DNA of 64,000 nt from Monocercomonoides exilis PA203 (lineage: Eukaryota; Protista; Preaxostyla): the NCBI GenBank assembly GCA_001643675.2, contig LSRY02000023.1:1054001-1118000 (forward strand), in the 5' to 3' direction. The translations under genes and the position numbers were made by a program. The notes beneath the pieces were generated by a model. The model was given only the letters and a program-made list of their open reading frames with translations, did no database searches and had not been told where the DNA came from. This document shows, piece by piece, positions 1-12,785 of the stretch. Position 1 is the first letter of the stretch. Each line of letters begins with the position of its first letter.

Positions 1-3000
1 ACCGTGTTGTCATCACCGTCTTTGTGCACTTTGAACTGTGACAGATCATCCACAGTAACTTCTTCATGTTGTTCGGTTGTGCTGCTGCTGAGATAAGATT
101 TCGGATGCTTTTCTTCGCTTTCTGAGACAGATGTTTCTGCTTCTTCTTCTGTCAGATAATCCGCTGAGGCCGTTGAAGTTGATGAGGAAGAAGAAGAAGA
201 GGATGAAGAAAGTGAGAGAGAAGAAGTGGAAGTGCTTAAAGAAGAAGATGAAGAAGAAGAAGTTGAAGAAGATATAGCGGTTGATGAAGATGACGAAGAT
301 AAAGTTGATGTTGGAGCTTGTTGAATTGTCAATCGAGTTGGAACTTCATCAAGACGTTCAAAGGCATTCGTATTTTTGTCAGAAATGGAAGAAGAATTTG
401 TTGGATCTGTTGATGAATTAGTATTTGAAAGAACAAGAGATGTCGAGGAGGAAGATGAGGAGGTGGAAGTTGAAGTTGAATAAGGAGTCAAGACAGATGT
501 GATAGATGGCTCATATGCAGCAGCAGGTGTTGGATAGAAAGAAACAGGTGTTTGTAAAGTCAGCGAACGAGGTAATGGAGACGGCTGAACAAGAGATGAA
601 AAGGCAAGAGAAGATGACAAAGAAGAAGAAGAAGATGATGATGAGGAGGAGGAGGATAAAGATAAAGATGATGATGATGATGATGAAAATGACGAAGAAG
701 GAGAATGATTGTGTTTCAAGTTATGGAAGTGCTTTTCTCTTTCTGCCGAAAGAATATTCTCAATTGATGAGAATGCGTTGAAATAGGAGAATGTGAGTGA
801 ATGTCTCAGAAGATGCACATGAACAGACCACACGAGAGAAGACAGGATGGTTCTGGGCGACGTCAAAAGAAGCTTCAGAGATTTGTAGCACATTTGCTGC
901 GTCTCAACTGGAGTGCTTCTTTTGGCAAGTTGCTCGGACGATTGTTTGGTTTCTGGGTGTGGTGGGGACAATCCAATGTCTCTCTCGCCCGATGAAATAG
1001 AAGAAGAAGAAGAGGAGGAGGAAGAAGAGGAAGAAGAAGCCAAAGAAGATGGATGTGATTTGGACACAGCTGATCCGTCGTTTGGAAACAGAGGCAGGTC
1101 GCATGCAGACATCAGCAGCTCAGATATTGTTGGCTTATTCTTCTGCTCTGAATGTGAAGGCGAAGAAACCAATGAAGAAGGTTGAGGCTGTTGAGATGAC
1201 AGCTGCTGCTGCTGCTGTTGTTGTTGTTGTTGAGAAGGCTCCTGCAAATTTGGCAGAGAAGAAACAGAGCGGAATGAGGCTGGGGAGATTGGGGTGGGAG
1301 GAATTGCAGGTGAGTTTCTGGGTGATGTGGCGTGCTGCTGTGATGGATCAGGCACAAAGGGAGAAGTGGAGCCATTGCTGAGCTGCTTGGAGAGGTTGAA
1401 TGGCTGTGACAAGACAGAAGAAGCAGAGAAAGTGGAGGAGCCGCGCCGAGACGAGTGGCTGTCAGACTCAGCTGTGGGCTCAGAGTTGGACGAGATGGAA
1501 GAGGTGTGGAGAGGATGGTTGAATGACTGCGGATTGGAAGGGAGAAGAGATGAAGGAGAATATGAGGCATGTGATAGAGAAGAAAGAGATGAAGGAGAAG
1601 GTGGTGGATGTGCAGAAAGAAGGAGGTCGCGAGATACAGACGAAAAAAGCTGTTCTTTGAACTTCTTCTTCTGATAAGTCTCAATTTTCCGTTCTTTCTT
1701 TTCCATTTCCCGTTGATGTTGTGCTTCTTTACTTCGTTCTCTTTCTCTTTCTCTCTCCTTTTCTCTTTCCTCCTCCTCTTCTTCTGCATTTGCTTCCTCT
1801 TCCTCCTCAATCTGCTCTCTTGTTTTGAAGATTTCATCATACTGCTTCCTCAAAGATGGGCTTTGGAAAAGCGAATGGGCCGAAGTCGAAGAAATGCTTG
1901 TGGACTTGAAAAGAGGCTCGCCCCAAACAGAAATCTGTCCAATCAGCTGCGGTGCTGTTGATGACTGACCTTGGCGAACATGAGGAAAAGTGAAGGTGAG
2001 TGTGATGATGCGGACAAGCCCTACAGGAACTGGGTCTGCAGTTGGTGGGATGGGCAGGGGGAGAGGGAAAGGCTGGCCAGAAGTGGGAAGAAGAGGAATT
2101 TTCAATTGTGCTGTGTCGTCTGGGAATTGTGATGGAGAAGGAGAAGATGGAGATGAGGAAGAGGAAGAGGAAGAAGAGGTAGATTGGAATGCAGGAGGAG
2201 ATGACAGCGTTGGAGAATACGGAGAAGCAGAAGAGGTTGAAGCTGTGGAAGATGAATGCACAGAGTTGGCAGATGAAGATGAAGAGGATGTGGAGGAAGC
2301 AGCAGCTGCTGTGGATGATGCAGATAAAGCAGAGGGTGAAAACGGAGTTGGCATTGAAGAAGAAGAAGAGGATGATGATGAAGACGATGACGATGAAGAA
2401 GAGGAGGAAGAAGAAGTTGATGATGAAGCATTTGCAGGAAGAGGAGGAGGAGATGTGGAGACAGGAGGAGAATAAAACGGCAGAAGAGAAGGAGAAGAAG
2501 CAGGCGATGGAGAAACGCATGGAGATGATGAAGGAGTGGGAGAAGGAGTGGGAAAGGGAGATGAAGAGGATGAAGAGGAGGAAGCAGATGGTGAAAGAGG
2601 GTCGGTTGAGAAAGAAGAAGGAATACCTTCCCAAAACGATGAAAGAGGTGTTGAATCGGAAAGACGAATGGGAATCACAGTTTGAGTGGAGCATGTTGTG
2701 TTGTAACGAAATGGAGGAATTTGAATGAAAAGTGTGTTTTTTGAGTGGAAAATTCCTTCTTCGTCGCTTTCGTTCAAAAGCTGACTGAGTTCAGTTTCTG
2801 TTACTTGCTTTTGAGAAGAACTTGAAAAGGTAAATGAATGAGAATTGGCAGAAGAGGAAGATGAAGAGGATGAGGAGGAAGATGAAGAAGTTAAGTGAAA
2901 TTGCTGAAGCTGCTGTTGTAGTTGTTGTTGCGATTGTTGGACTTGTTTCTCAGAAGGTGGGTAAGAGACAAGCGAAGGTGAGTAATAGCGAGGAAGCAGA

Positions 3001-6000
3001 ACAGAAGGAAGAACAATGCCAAGTGTGTCGAATGACAGTCCCATGGCGATTGAGACAGAAGAAGGTGACGCTTCTTCGAGCTGTGCCATTAAGCTCTCTT
3101 GCGAATAAGGATTGAATGAAGATGTTGATGGAGATGTTGATTGGTTCTGAGAGGAGAAAAGAGAAGAAGCAACTTTTGAAGGAACAGTTGGACGATGGAA
3201 AAAGAGGTGTGTAACAAAAGCAGGCATTGGCAGGATGATTGTGACTGTTGGAGAACCTGAGCTGCACACAAAGGAAATATCACATTGTTTAAATGAAGAA
3301 GAAGAAGATGATGATGACGATGATGATGAAGGTGAAGAAGGATTACTGAGGCAATTTTGAACTGGAGAAAAAGGATGATGAGGCAGTGGATGAGGAATGG
3401 AGTTCTTCAGCAAAGGAGCAGATGAAAGATAGATCACATGCTGTTTGAGCAGAATCGAAGAAAAAGAAGAATGTGGAACAGAAGAGATGCATACAGGCAT
3501 CGTGTCATTGTCAGCATCGAATTCCACTTCTGTTGCCTGTGAGTCCACTTCCATTCCATCGCTTATTGAATCGTTTCTGCCTGCCTCGCTCAGTTCTCCT
3601 GAATGAAAGTGAGGCTGCTGAAGAGGTCTTTCTGAGTTCTTGTCGGTTGTCTTCCATCCAACTTTCGAATTTGAATGTGCTGATTGAAGGGATCTTTCAG
3701 GACTTGGTTCAAATGGAAGCTTATTTGATTGTCTTTTGAGCGAACTGCCTCGTTCTCGTGTTGTTTGTTTGGAATGTCTTGCGTGTAAAGGAAGAGCCAT
3801 CGAATATTCTCCAATGAATGTGGCAGAAAGTGCTTCCTGAATCTGCTTCTGGCGGAAAGCAACTTCGTCTTCATCTTCTTCTCCTTCTCCTTCTCCATTT
3901 ACAACTTCATCATTATTGCCTTTTGCATCTTTACTATCTTCTGAATTATTTGTTGATTGGCTGTGATGTTTGCTGTGGCTGTGTGAATGGCTTTGATGAT
4001 GACTATTATGATGGTAATGATGATAATGGCGATGATGCATATGGCGATGATTGAGTTTACTGGAATGATTAAAATCATGCTGCAAATGTTTACGATGATC
4101 ATCGTCCAACAAAGTTCGCTTATTTTTGCTCTGTTCAGAAGAAATATCTTCCTTGTCTTCTTCTTCTCTTTCTCTTTTTCTGTCTTTTTTATTCGCTTCA
4201 CCCAAACTGTTAGTATCTTCATTGCTGAAAGAATCCAACAATTCATCAGAGGAACGAGAAGATAAAGAAGAAGAAGAAGTTGGAGAAGAGTGATGAGAAG
4301 GGCAGGTGCTGCATGATAAGGAATATGTTTGAGAAGAAAAAGAAGAGTCTGAAAAAGCAGATGTCGAAGAAGGAGAAGGAGAAGGAGAAGGAGAAAGTGT
4401 TGATGAATCAGAATCTGGTGATGTTGATGTTGTTGATGATGACAAAGACATCAACGAAGAAGATGAAAAAGAGGAAGTTGCAGAAACCTCTTCTGAATTT
4501 GTGCTTTCGCTGCTCACAAAATCTTCTCCATACACATTTGCATGTCTTCTGCTAATTCCTCTCTCATTCCGAACTTTCTCATTCATCTTATTTTCTTGTT
4601 CTGTCTCAAGTGAAGAAGAAGAAGAAGAAGGAGAGGAAGTGGAAGTGGAAGAAGAGGAAGAGGAAAGAGATGATGCTCGTGAAGTTGATGGAGCAGCTGG
4701 TTCCAATGTAATTGGAATCTGATCAACCATCTGCCCAGTGATGAACAATGAAGCCAATCGAATATCCTCAAAAAGTTTGTTGCTTGATTGTATTTGTTGT
4801 TTCTGCTGCTGAGTTCCAGAAAGAGGAAGCAAAACATCACCAACGTTGATGTTTGGCGTGGAGAAAGGCACAGAAAATTGAGGCGGTGAATCAGACGAGG
4901 CAGAAGAGTCATATGAAGAGAAAGGAAGTTGGGGGGTGACAACAGCCAGTGCACCGTGGGAGAGAAGAGAAGGAGTGGAATAAGACGAAGGGATGGACAT
5001 GAATGGAGTGCTGGGCACATCAAATGTGATGGCTGAGAAGAATTCTTTGTCATCTGTGTTTGAAGAAGTATTGAAGTTACTGATATTATTGCTGTTATTG
5101 TTATAGTTGTTATTGTTGCTATAGAAATTGGCATTTGTATTTGGTGTGCTCAGCACTTCCGCTGGTATTAATGGAGACGATGAAGAGGAAGAAGTCAATG
5201 AAGGCATGTTTGTATTCATTCCATTTTGAGTATCTCCTGTTAAAGAAAGCAAGCTTGTGCGATGACCATTTCCATTATTTCTGCTTCCATTGCCCAAGCA
5301 AATAAGGCAGCCCAAATTAAACAGCGACCCTTCGTTCTTCAGCATCCGTTTCCTGTGCTTTCTGTCCCAATGGAACCATTCCAGCTGGCTGCCGAAGCCC
5401 GAGCGCCAAAAGAGCGCTGGGTGGAACGAGGGAAGCATCCACATGGCTGCAAACGACTGGAAAGTGAGGTGGCGCTGCGGATCAGAGAAGATGTTCTGGA
5501 AGCGCCTGCGGATGGAGATGATTGCGTTGGATGGGGTTGAGACAGAAGAAGATGATGAAGAAGAGGAAGATGATGATGAGGAGGAGGAGGAAGATGAAGA
5601 AGAAGATGAAGAAGAAGGGGAGGAAGTAGATGACGAATTTGAAGATGAAGAAAACGATGAAGATGACGGCATTTTATCCAATGGTGCTGTGATTGAACGA
5701 GTTTTCTTGTGGCTTATCTCTTTTGATGACCAGCTCTGAGATAGGCTTTGAGAAGAATTGAAAGAAGAATTGGAATACTTCAAAGACACCGAAGATTTCG
5801 AAAGAGGGGATGAAAGAGGAGTCATAACAGCTGCTGTGATATTTGGAACAAGAGGATTTTGAGACAATAAATCAGAAGAAGATGGAGAAGAAGGCGTTGA
5901 GCCTGAAGAAGAAAGATTGGATGTAAGTTGGCGATTGACTGTTGGCAGAGGCGATGGAGCAGAAGAAAGCAGAGAAGACACAAAGAAACCAGAAGAAGGG

Positions 6001-9000
6001 CGAAATCTGTGCTGTATTGGGTGAACAGGAGAAGGCTGAGGCGGAGAATTGAGCGACTGTGGCGAGAAAAAGAAATTTGGCTGCTGAAACGGAAAGATTG
6101 GATGAACGCTTCGAGGAGAGCTGAATGAGAAGGAATCGAAGGTCGAAATGGAAGAAAGAGGAAGCACTTCAGCATTTGCTGGCTTTGCTGCCTGGAGTTC
6201 GACTATCTGGTAATTCGGCTCAAACAGCTTCCTCCAAACAGACCGGCCGATTGCCATCTCTCCTCTCCTGTCCAACCGAAGCGAGGCCAAGAAATTGACT
6301 GCAGAGTGACACAGAGGTGAATCATACTGATCAGAAGACACTGAATCCCGCTTCCTGCTTCTCAGCACGTATGGTTGAGTTAAATCCTTCTGGTTGATGA
6401 AGAGGCGGATGAGACTTGTGTGTGTAGCGAGTGAATGCGTGTACAGTAAGGAATTGGCATTAGCGTGGATTACAAACTGTTCAGCGATAGCAGAAATGGC
6501 ATGCGAGGAGAAGAAGGAGCGCACAATGGAAGTAGCATCCAGATGAGTCTTTTTGGTGGAATTGTTTGAGGATGATGAGGAAGATGAAGATGAGGAGGAG
6601 GAGGAAGAGGAGGATGACGAAGTTGAAAAAGACGAAGAGGAAGGGGAAGAATTGTTATCTCCATCTGAATGCATATGCAATGCAGCTGAAAGCAACGCAT
6701 ATCGGGGCATTTGAGGAATAATTTGACTGAAGCACTTGTTTTGTTGATCAGGAGCATCTTGTTTATCATCACTGCACATTGAGAGTGATGAACGACGAGG
6801 AGAATTGACAAAAGAGGATGATGAGGGCGATGAAGAAGAAGGCGAGGATAATGCAGCAGATAATGGAGAAGCAGACGAAGATGAATCAGTCTGGCTTATT
6901 CTCTTTTGCGAGAGTAAAATCTGTTGCTTTTTCTGCAACTGTTGTGATGCTAGATGTGAATAATGGTTCATCTGTGCCAGCATCTCCTGGATGATCGGAA
7001 GAAGCAGGAAAAACGAAGAGACAGATGTTCTGTCCATCGAATCAGCACAATTCACTCGCACAATTCCTGCCTGTGAAGTTAGAGTTTTGAGGGTAAGTTT
7101 GGACAAAGAAGACATCAGAGGAGAGGCAGGTGTGGCTTGAGGGGTGAGAAGATTGGAGGAAAGGCGCTTGGGTTTGTTTGGCTCGACAGCTGGTTCTTCT
7201 TCGTCATCGTCGAATGTCATGACAGAAGTTAAATCATCGTCGATTTCGAATTCTTTGGATTTTTGTGTGAAATTGTTTGAAGAGGAAGAGCGGTGAGCGT
7301 CAGAAGGCGAAAAGGAAGCAGAAGCTGAAGAATGAAAAGAAGAGTTTGATGAATTAGATGTGAGAGAAGACAAAGAAGAAGATGAAGATAATGTGGAAGG
7401 CTGATGAGGAAATGAAGAGGGAGAGGAAGATGAATTGGAAGAAGACGAGTTCACTCCGGAAAACGATCTTCTTGTATGGCTTTTGCTTTTCTCCCTGACA
7501 ATCACGCCAGAAGAGAACCCAGCTGCTACCAACGCACTTGCCATGCGCTGCCACAGTCCAAGAATCGTCTTCTCCTTTCCAAGCTGCTTGACCAGGGCGT
7601 GCCAGTTGAAGTTGGAGAAGTGAATGGGGAAAGATGAAGTGAGGCGAGAAGGAGTGAAATCGAGTGAGAATATCTGCGGATGTTCAGCTGGTGCTATGCT
7701 TTTGATGGAAGAAGTGTATGGCGAAGGAGAAGAAGAAGGAGAAGCGATATTTTTGGAATCTGAATGTCTTTTGGGGAGGGAAGAAGTTGAAGCTTTTGAG
7801 CTTTTGTCAAAAGGAGTGGAAGGTTGAGAGACAGACGAAAATCCAATTATTGGAGAAGAAGAAAAAGAGGAGAAAGGAGAAGAGCAATTTGGAGATGGCG
7901 AATGAGATGATAAAGAAGAGGTGGAAGAAGATGAAGAAGATTGTAATTGTGATGCAAAATTCACAGTTGCATTCGAAGGAGCGAACTGTGAGTGTCGCAA
8001 TGGTGCTGGGGCATCAAATGGAATTGCCTGTTGTTTCTGAGCTGGCTGTTCAGGAAGCTCATTTATTTCGCTATGTTCATTTGATTGCTGTGCAGCTGTC
8101 TGTTGTAGCGGAGCAAAAGTGACAAGGCGATGTGGCTGAAGCGGTGTGACGATTGATCCATCGGCTGTGTGTGGAGCAGCATGTTCAGACGACTCTGTTT
8201 GATGTTCATTTGAATGTTTTGGTGTTTTGCGGCCTGACGGAGTTGAAAGTGGAGTGGATGAAGGACAATACGAAGAAGTGGAAGATGTTGATGAAGAAGA
8301 TAAATTACTTCCGTTCGAACAATCATTTGGCAGAGGCAGAGGCAGTGGCAAAGGAGTGCAAATGATCGAAGCTTCTTCGAAATGTCTGTTTGGAGCAACA
8401 GGAGTGGAAACTCTGCTCAAACATCTGGATGTTTCTAAAGCTGAAAGAGATGAAGATGATGAAGATGATGATGAAGATAAGTCAAATGTGATTGCTCCAT
8501 CTCCTCGAAATTCTGAGCCAATTGGACGGAAATGGCGCAATTGTGTGTTCCGTTTCTGTTCTCTTCGCATTGCTCTTTTCCTCTCCATTTCTTTGTCCAG
8601 CTCCTTCAGCTTTCTCAGTGACGACTGAAAATAGTCTGTCAGATCCAGCTCTGATTTGTGCTGCTCGTCGCACTGCAGAAGAGACAGGCACGTGATCACA
8701 ACAGAAGGGTCACACTGCTCAATATCACAGCTATTGATAAGGCAGCGCAAAAACATGTTGGAAATGGATGTTGTGTCTGAGAAAGGAGAAGATTGCGTTG
8801 CTTTTCGTGGAGAATGGCGATGTGAGCGGTGTTTCACGATTGTTGTGGATTGATGTTTTCGTCTTTTTCTGCTGCTATTTGGTGAAGTTGTGCTGCCCGA
8901 GCTATTCTCGACTGCGGCTTCATCTCCTTTTCCTCCTTCTCCTGTGTCTTCTCTCTCCTCTTCTCCTTCCTCTTCTTCATCCTCATCGTCTTCCAGTGCA

Positions 9001-11436
9001 TTCTCTGCCTCTTTCCTCTCCCTTTCCTTCTCCTTTTCCTTCTCAGCAAGCCATCTCGCCTTCCACATCCACTTTCTCCACTCATCCAACCTCCTCCTCA
9101 GTCTGTCCCAATACTTCTTCACACCAAAGTGGAAGAAATGCTCATCAAACTGAACATGCGCCGAATCAAACAGCGAACTCACTGAAGTTGACCACTGAAG
9201 CGGTACAGTTCCTCGCAGAAACAAGAAAGAGCACCACGCTCCACAAATCACACAATTCTTGTATTTCTCGTCATATCCAGTCATTTCGTTGCATCCATTG
9301 GGATACCCAACTCCACATTCGCCTCTGCCCATCCACTTCTCCTTTGCTTTTTCTCTGTCTTTCATCATTTCGGTTGTCCAGCACACAACTTCTGTCTCCA
9401 TCTCGTTGCCGTTCCCTCCTTCACTGTTTGTTCCTCTCGCGTTGTAGCGCGTGCCCGGATGCAGCGAGCTCTTTCGCGACAGAACAGACACAAAGAAAAC
9501 AGGACGAAGAAACGGAGAAACAGAAAGAACAGCTGAAAGCGGAGTAACAAGTGGAAGAGAGGCAATTGGAGATGAAGGGTATGAATCAGATGACGATGAG
9601 GAGGATGAAGAGGATGAAGAGGAAGAAGCAGATGATGATGATCTCTTTGAAAGTGAAGTGGAAGAGTTTGAAGTGTGTAGCTGAGAGGACGGCTTAGCAG
9701 CAGCATTAGGAAAGCTGGGAATAGGAAGATGGGACAGCGGAGAAAGAGGCATCAGCGGAGCTGTTGTGGCAGCTCCCTGCAACAGCACTGCGCAGAAATC
9801 AGCCAATCCTTGCTCTTCGAAGTGATGGCGCCAAATGGTGTTCCAGCAGAACGACCGATCGTAGTCACTGATGGCTGACTGGCAGGAAGCAGAATATGCC
9901 TCCGCATAGGCAGAAAGCGAAGTGGAGGAAGAGAAAGGAGAAAGGTTGTAAGGTGTCTGTGTGAGTGTGTGTGTGATGGCGGGTGTGGAAGTGCTTGGTG
10001 ATGTGACAAAAGATGGAGTGGATGCGGTGGAAGGGAATGGGCGTGTAATATCCATCGTTTCGCAAAAGAAGTGGAATTTGTGGACGGAAAAGGAGAATGC
10101 AGCATCCATCGATGATGCTTCGATATATTCGAGCGGCAAAGATTGTTCGGAAGTTGATGAAGAGTCAGATTTAGAAGCAGATGCAGATGAAGATGACGAG
10201 GAAGATGAAAGAGAAGATGAAGACGAAGAAAAAGAACACTGAACAGATGGAGCTGCAGCCTCCACATATGTGGCAGGTTTATTCTGCTCAAGCAGATGGA
10301 CTGTGATATTTGATGTTCCATCAACTTTCTGTTCGGAAGATGAGTTATGAGAAATGGTATTGGATCTGACAATGAAAGATGCAGGAACAGGAAAAGATGG
10401 ACTTTGTCTTTGATTTTGAATGCTATCTTCAACGATTTCTACCGATTGTCTTTGGCATTTCTCCACAGTTGAGAGAATATCAGATGTAACAATGTTGGTC
10501 CATAATAAGTCTGAACTGGATTCACAACAATTGTTTGACTGAACAATATTTGTATGTGAAACAGAACCATTGACATTTTTTGGCAATGTGGAAGTGAAAG
10601 AAACTGGTGAAAGACTAGAAGCAGATGGAGCAGATGGAGAAGGTGTTGAGCATAATGAATTGTTATGGGAAGACATAGTTGCATTTTGAATTGGCATTAA
10701 CGTTGAAAAGGGTGTAAACGATTGAGGAAGTGGAATAAGTTGTTGTGGTACAGTCAACTGTTTCTGCGAGATGCTAAGGATATGTGACTCACCTGTTAAT
10801 GTTGATTGCCGAAAAGTAATTTGATTGAATTTCGCTAATTTCCTCCTTTCCAAAGGATAATTTGGAGAAACCAAATGCTCTAATTCCTCAATTCCAAAAA
10901 CTGAGCTGCTGTCGTATCCAGGAGGATCATGCTTAAAATAATCAATTATCTTTTGCTCCATAGAAGGTGATTTCAAGGATGAATAAGATATCGGATGAAG
11001 AGGGCATTGAGGAAGATTAAATCTTATCCATTCAGCACTTTTCACAGTGAAAACAGAATGCAAGGGCGGTAAAACCATTGTTCTAACAATTGAAGTTGCA
11101 AGTAATAAAAATGATTCCCTTGCAAGAATAACATATCCAAGAATCGCATCACCAGAAAATTCAATTTTTGGATTGTTTTGAGTTGCCCTTAGGAAAGAAA
11201 GAGCTTGTTGCGACGAGGGGAAAATGTCGATTCCGGGTATTCCTGAGACAAATGAAAGAAATGTTAAAAAAGAAAAAAAATCTATAATAACCTTTAAAAA
11301 TTAGCTTCCCTGTTGAAGGTTCAACTGTCAAAATTGTCGTATCACATCGCGTCCTGAGTGATGAGACAATAAACTTTGAATAAAAAATATTATAGCAAAA
11401 CAAAATTTTCGATTGTTGGAAGAAAATATATTTCAT
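1..11436 (-). CDS. SAC9: SAC9-type phosphoinositide phosphatase (Sac domain), >3700 aa, 3' end outside the window; one intron 11243-11291
   Basis: Manual minus-strand translation gives colinear SAC9-family motifs: FIVSSLRTRCDTTILTVEPSTGKL, HFFCETMDITRPFPS, FCWN..AVLLQG, SRKSSLHPGTRYNARG..GNEMETE, FLRGTVPLQW, catalytic RVNCADSMDRT (7026-7058), LLYTHSLATH, RRFQNIFSDPQR. A GT..AG intron joins FK G|IPGIDIF. The frame after the intron matches the frame at position 1. The ORF is absent from the ORF track, consistent with no stop before the window edge. Start codon uncertain. Confidence 0.88.
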
Positions 11437-11488
11437 TCAGCGAACAAATAAAGATATTTCAAATTTTTTAAATAACATCATAATTTTC

Positions 11489-11597
11489 AAACATTACGAC
11501 CGTCATATGTTCGAACAACAAGATGTGAAGGTGTTGGACGAATCATATATCGGTAAGCCAAATAGCTCAATGTAAAGCTGCGACGTAGGTGTTTTTT
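11489..11597 (+). ncRNA. Candidate structured small RNA (three-way junction followed by T6)
   Basis: GC-richer island. 11489-11498 pairs with 11584-11594 (G-U pair favours the + strand). Long hairpin 11499-11554, weak hairpin 11556-11579, TTTTTT at 11592-11597. No known family recognised. Confidence 0.25.
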
Positions 11598-12785
11598 ACT
11601 TTGTCGTTGATCAAAAAATATCTATTGTGGATAATGATCATTAATTTGATTGTTCATACTCTTTGTAAAAATTCGATAACAAAAAATGATAATAATTGCA
11701 CACAAACAAAAAATTGAAATAAAAATCGTATGTGAAAAAAATTATGCTTTATAACACATCAAGTTATGCACAGAAGTCACTAAAATGATAAAAATCGTTA
11801 GAAATAACGAAAAGTTCAACATATGAAACGGCTTTGAAAAGGAAACGCTTCAACGAAAAGCAAGCTTATATGAAAAAAACCACAAAGTCTATTAAAAGTT
11901 TTTCAAATTTAAAGTACATTTATAAAACTGAGCGCAGAAAATCATCAATAAAACAAATAATTTAAAAAAAGAAAAGAAAATTCAAATTTTGCATAATGCT
12001 GCAAGTCATAAATCATTTCAAAAGAAAATTAATAATAAATAACAAATTAAATTATAAAAATAAAAACAAATTAAAATTGTGCAATCAATCATTTTTGATG
12101 TGATTGATGTTGATGTGGAGCTCCAAATACTTTGGAATATCCAAAATTTGAGGATTGAAATTGATCGATCATTCTCCGATAGAACATACAGAAAAAAAGA
12201 AAAAAAGAAAGAAATAATAAATTTATTAGAATATAAAATTCTCTTTATAAAACAAATGATTAAGAAAGAGAGGATAATGCATATCATAAATGGAAATAAA
12301 ATGAATATAATTTTAAAAAATGAAGAATAAAATATCACATTCAAGAAATACAAAGCAATTAGTAATACTGTTTGTAAAAACGGTTTATTTCTAACAATAA
12401 ATGTTGCTTCACTGAAATATTTCAATGAAAATCTCGTTCAACAAAATAACAGTTGAAATTCTAAAGAAGAAGAAAGAGAATGAAGTTAAATAACAAAAAA
12501 ATAAGAATCTCATTAACAGATTTATTTCAAAATCCTCAAATCTCCAGTACGCAAAGTACATCAAACAAAATCTTATAAGAAGCAGAAGAGGAAGAAGAAG
12601 AGGAAGAGGAAGAGGAAGAGGTGAGAAAAGCTTAAAAGCTGTTAACAGAGTTGATATAAATACAAAAGAAATTCATTTGTCACAAAAAGAAAGATAATTT
12701 TTTTTTTATTTTCATTCAAACAAATTGTGTGTTTTAATAAAAGGAATATTCAAAGAAAGAACTCAAACAATTAGAATTTTTAGTT

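Noticed and set aside
506-10242. Many + strand ORFs rich in Glu/Lys/Met/Arg and short minus-strand Leu/His ORFs
   Set aside because: These are shadow frames of the Ser-rich SAC9 coding sequence. The same applies to ORFs overlapping the 12.8-24.1 kb and 52.3-60.1 kb genes.
11556-11590. tRNA-like TAGCTCAA and upstream GTTCGAA (possible tRNA or permuted tRNA), or a SECIS element on the minus strand
   Set aside because: No acceptor, T or anticodon stems, no D-loop GG, and no SECIS GA quartet with apical AAR.
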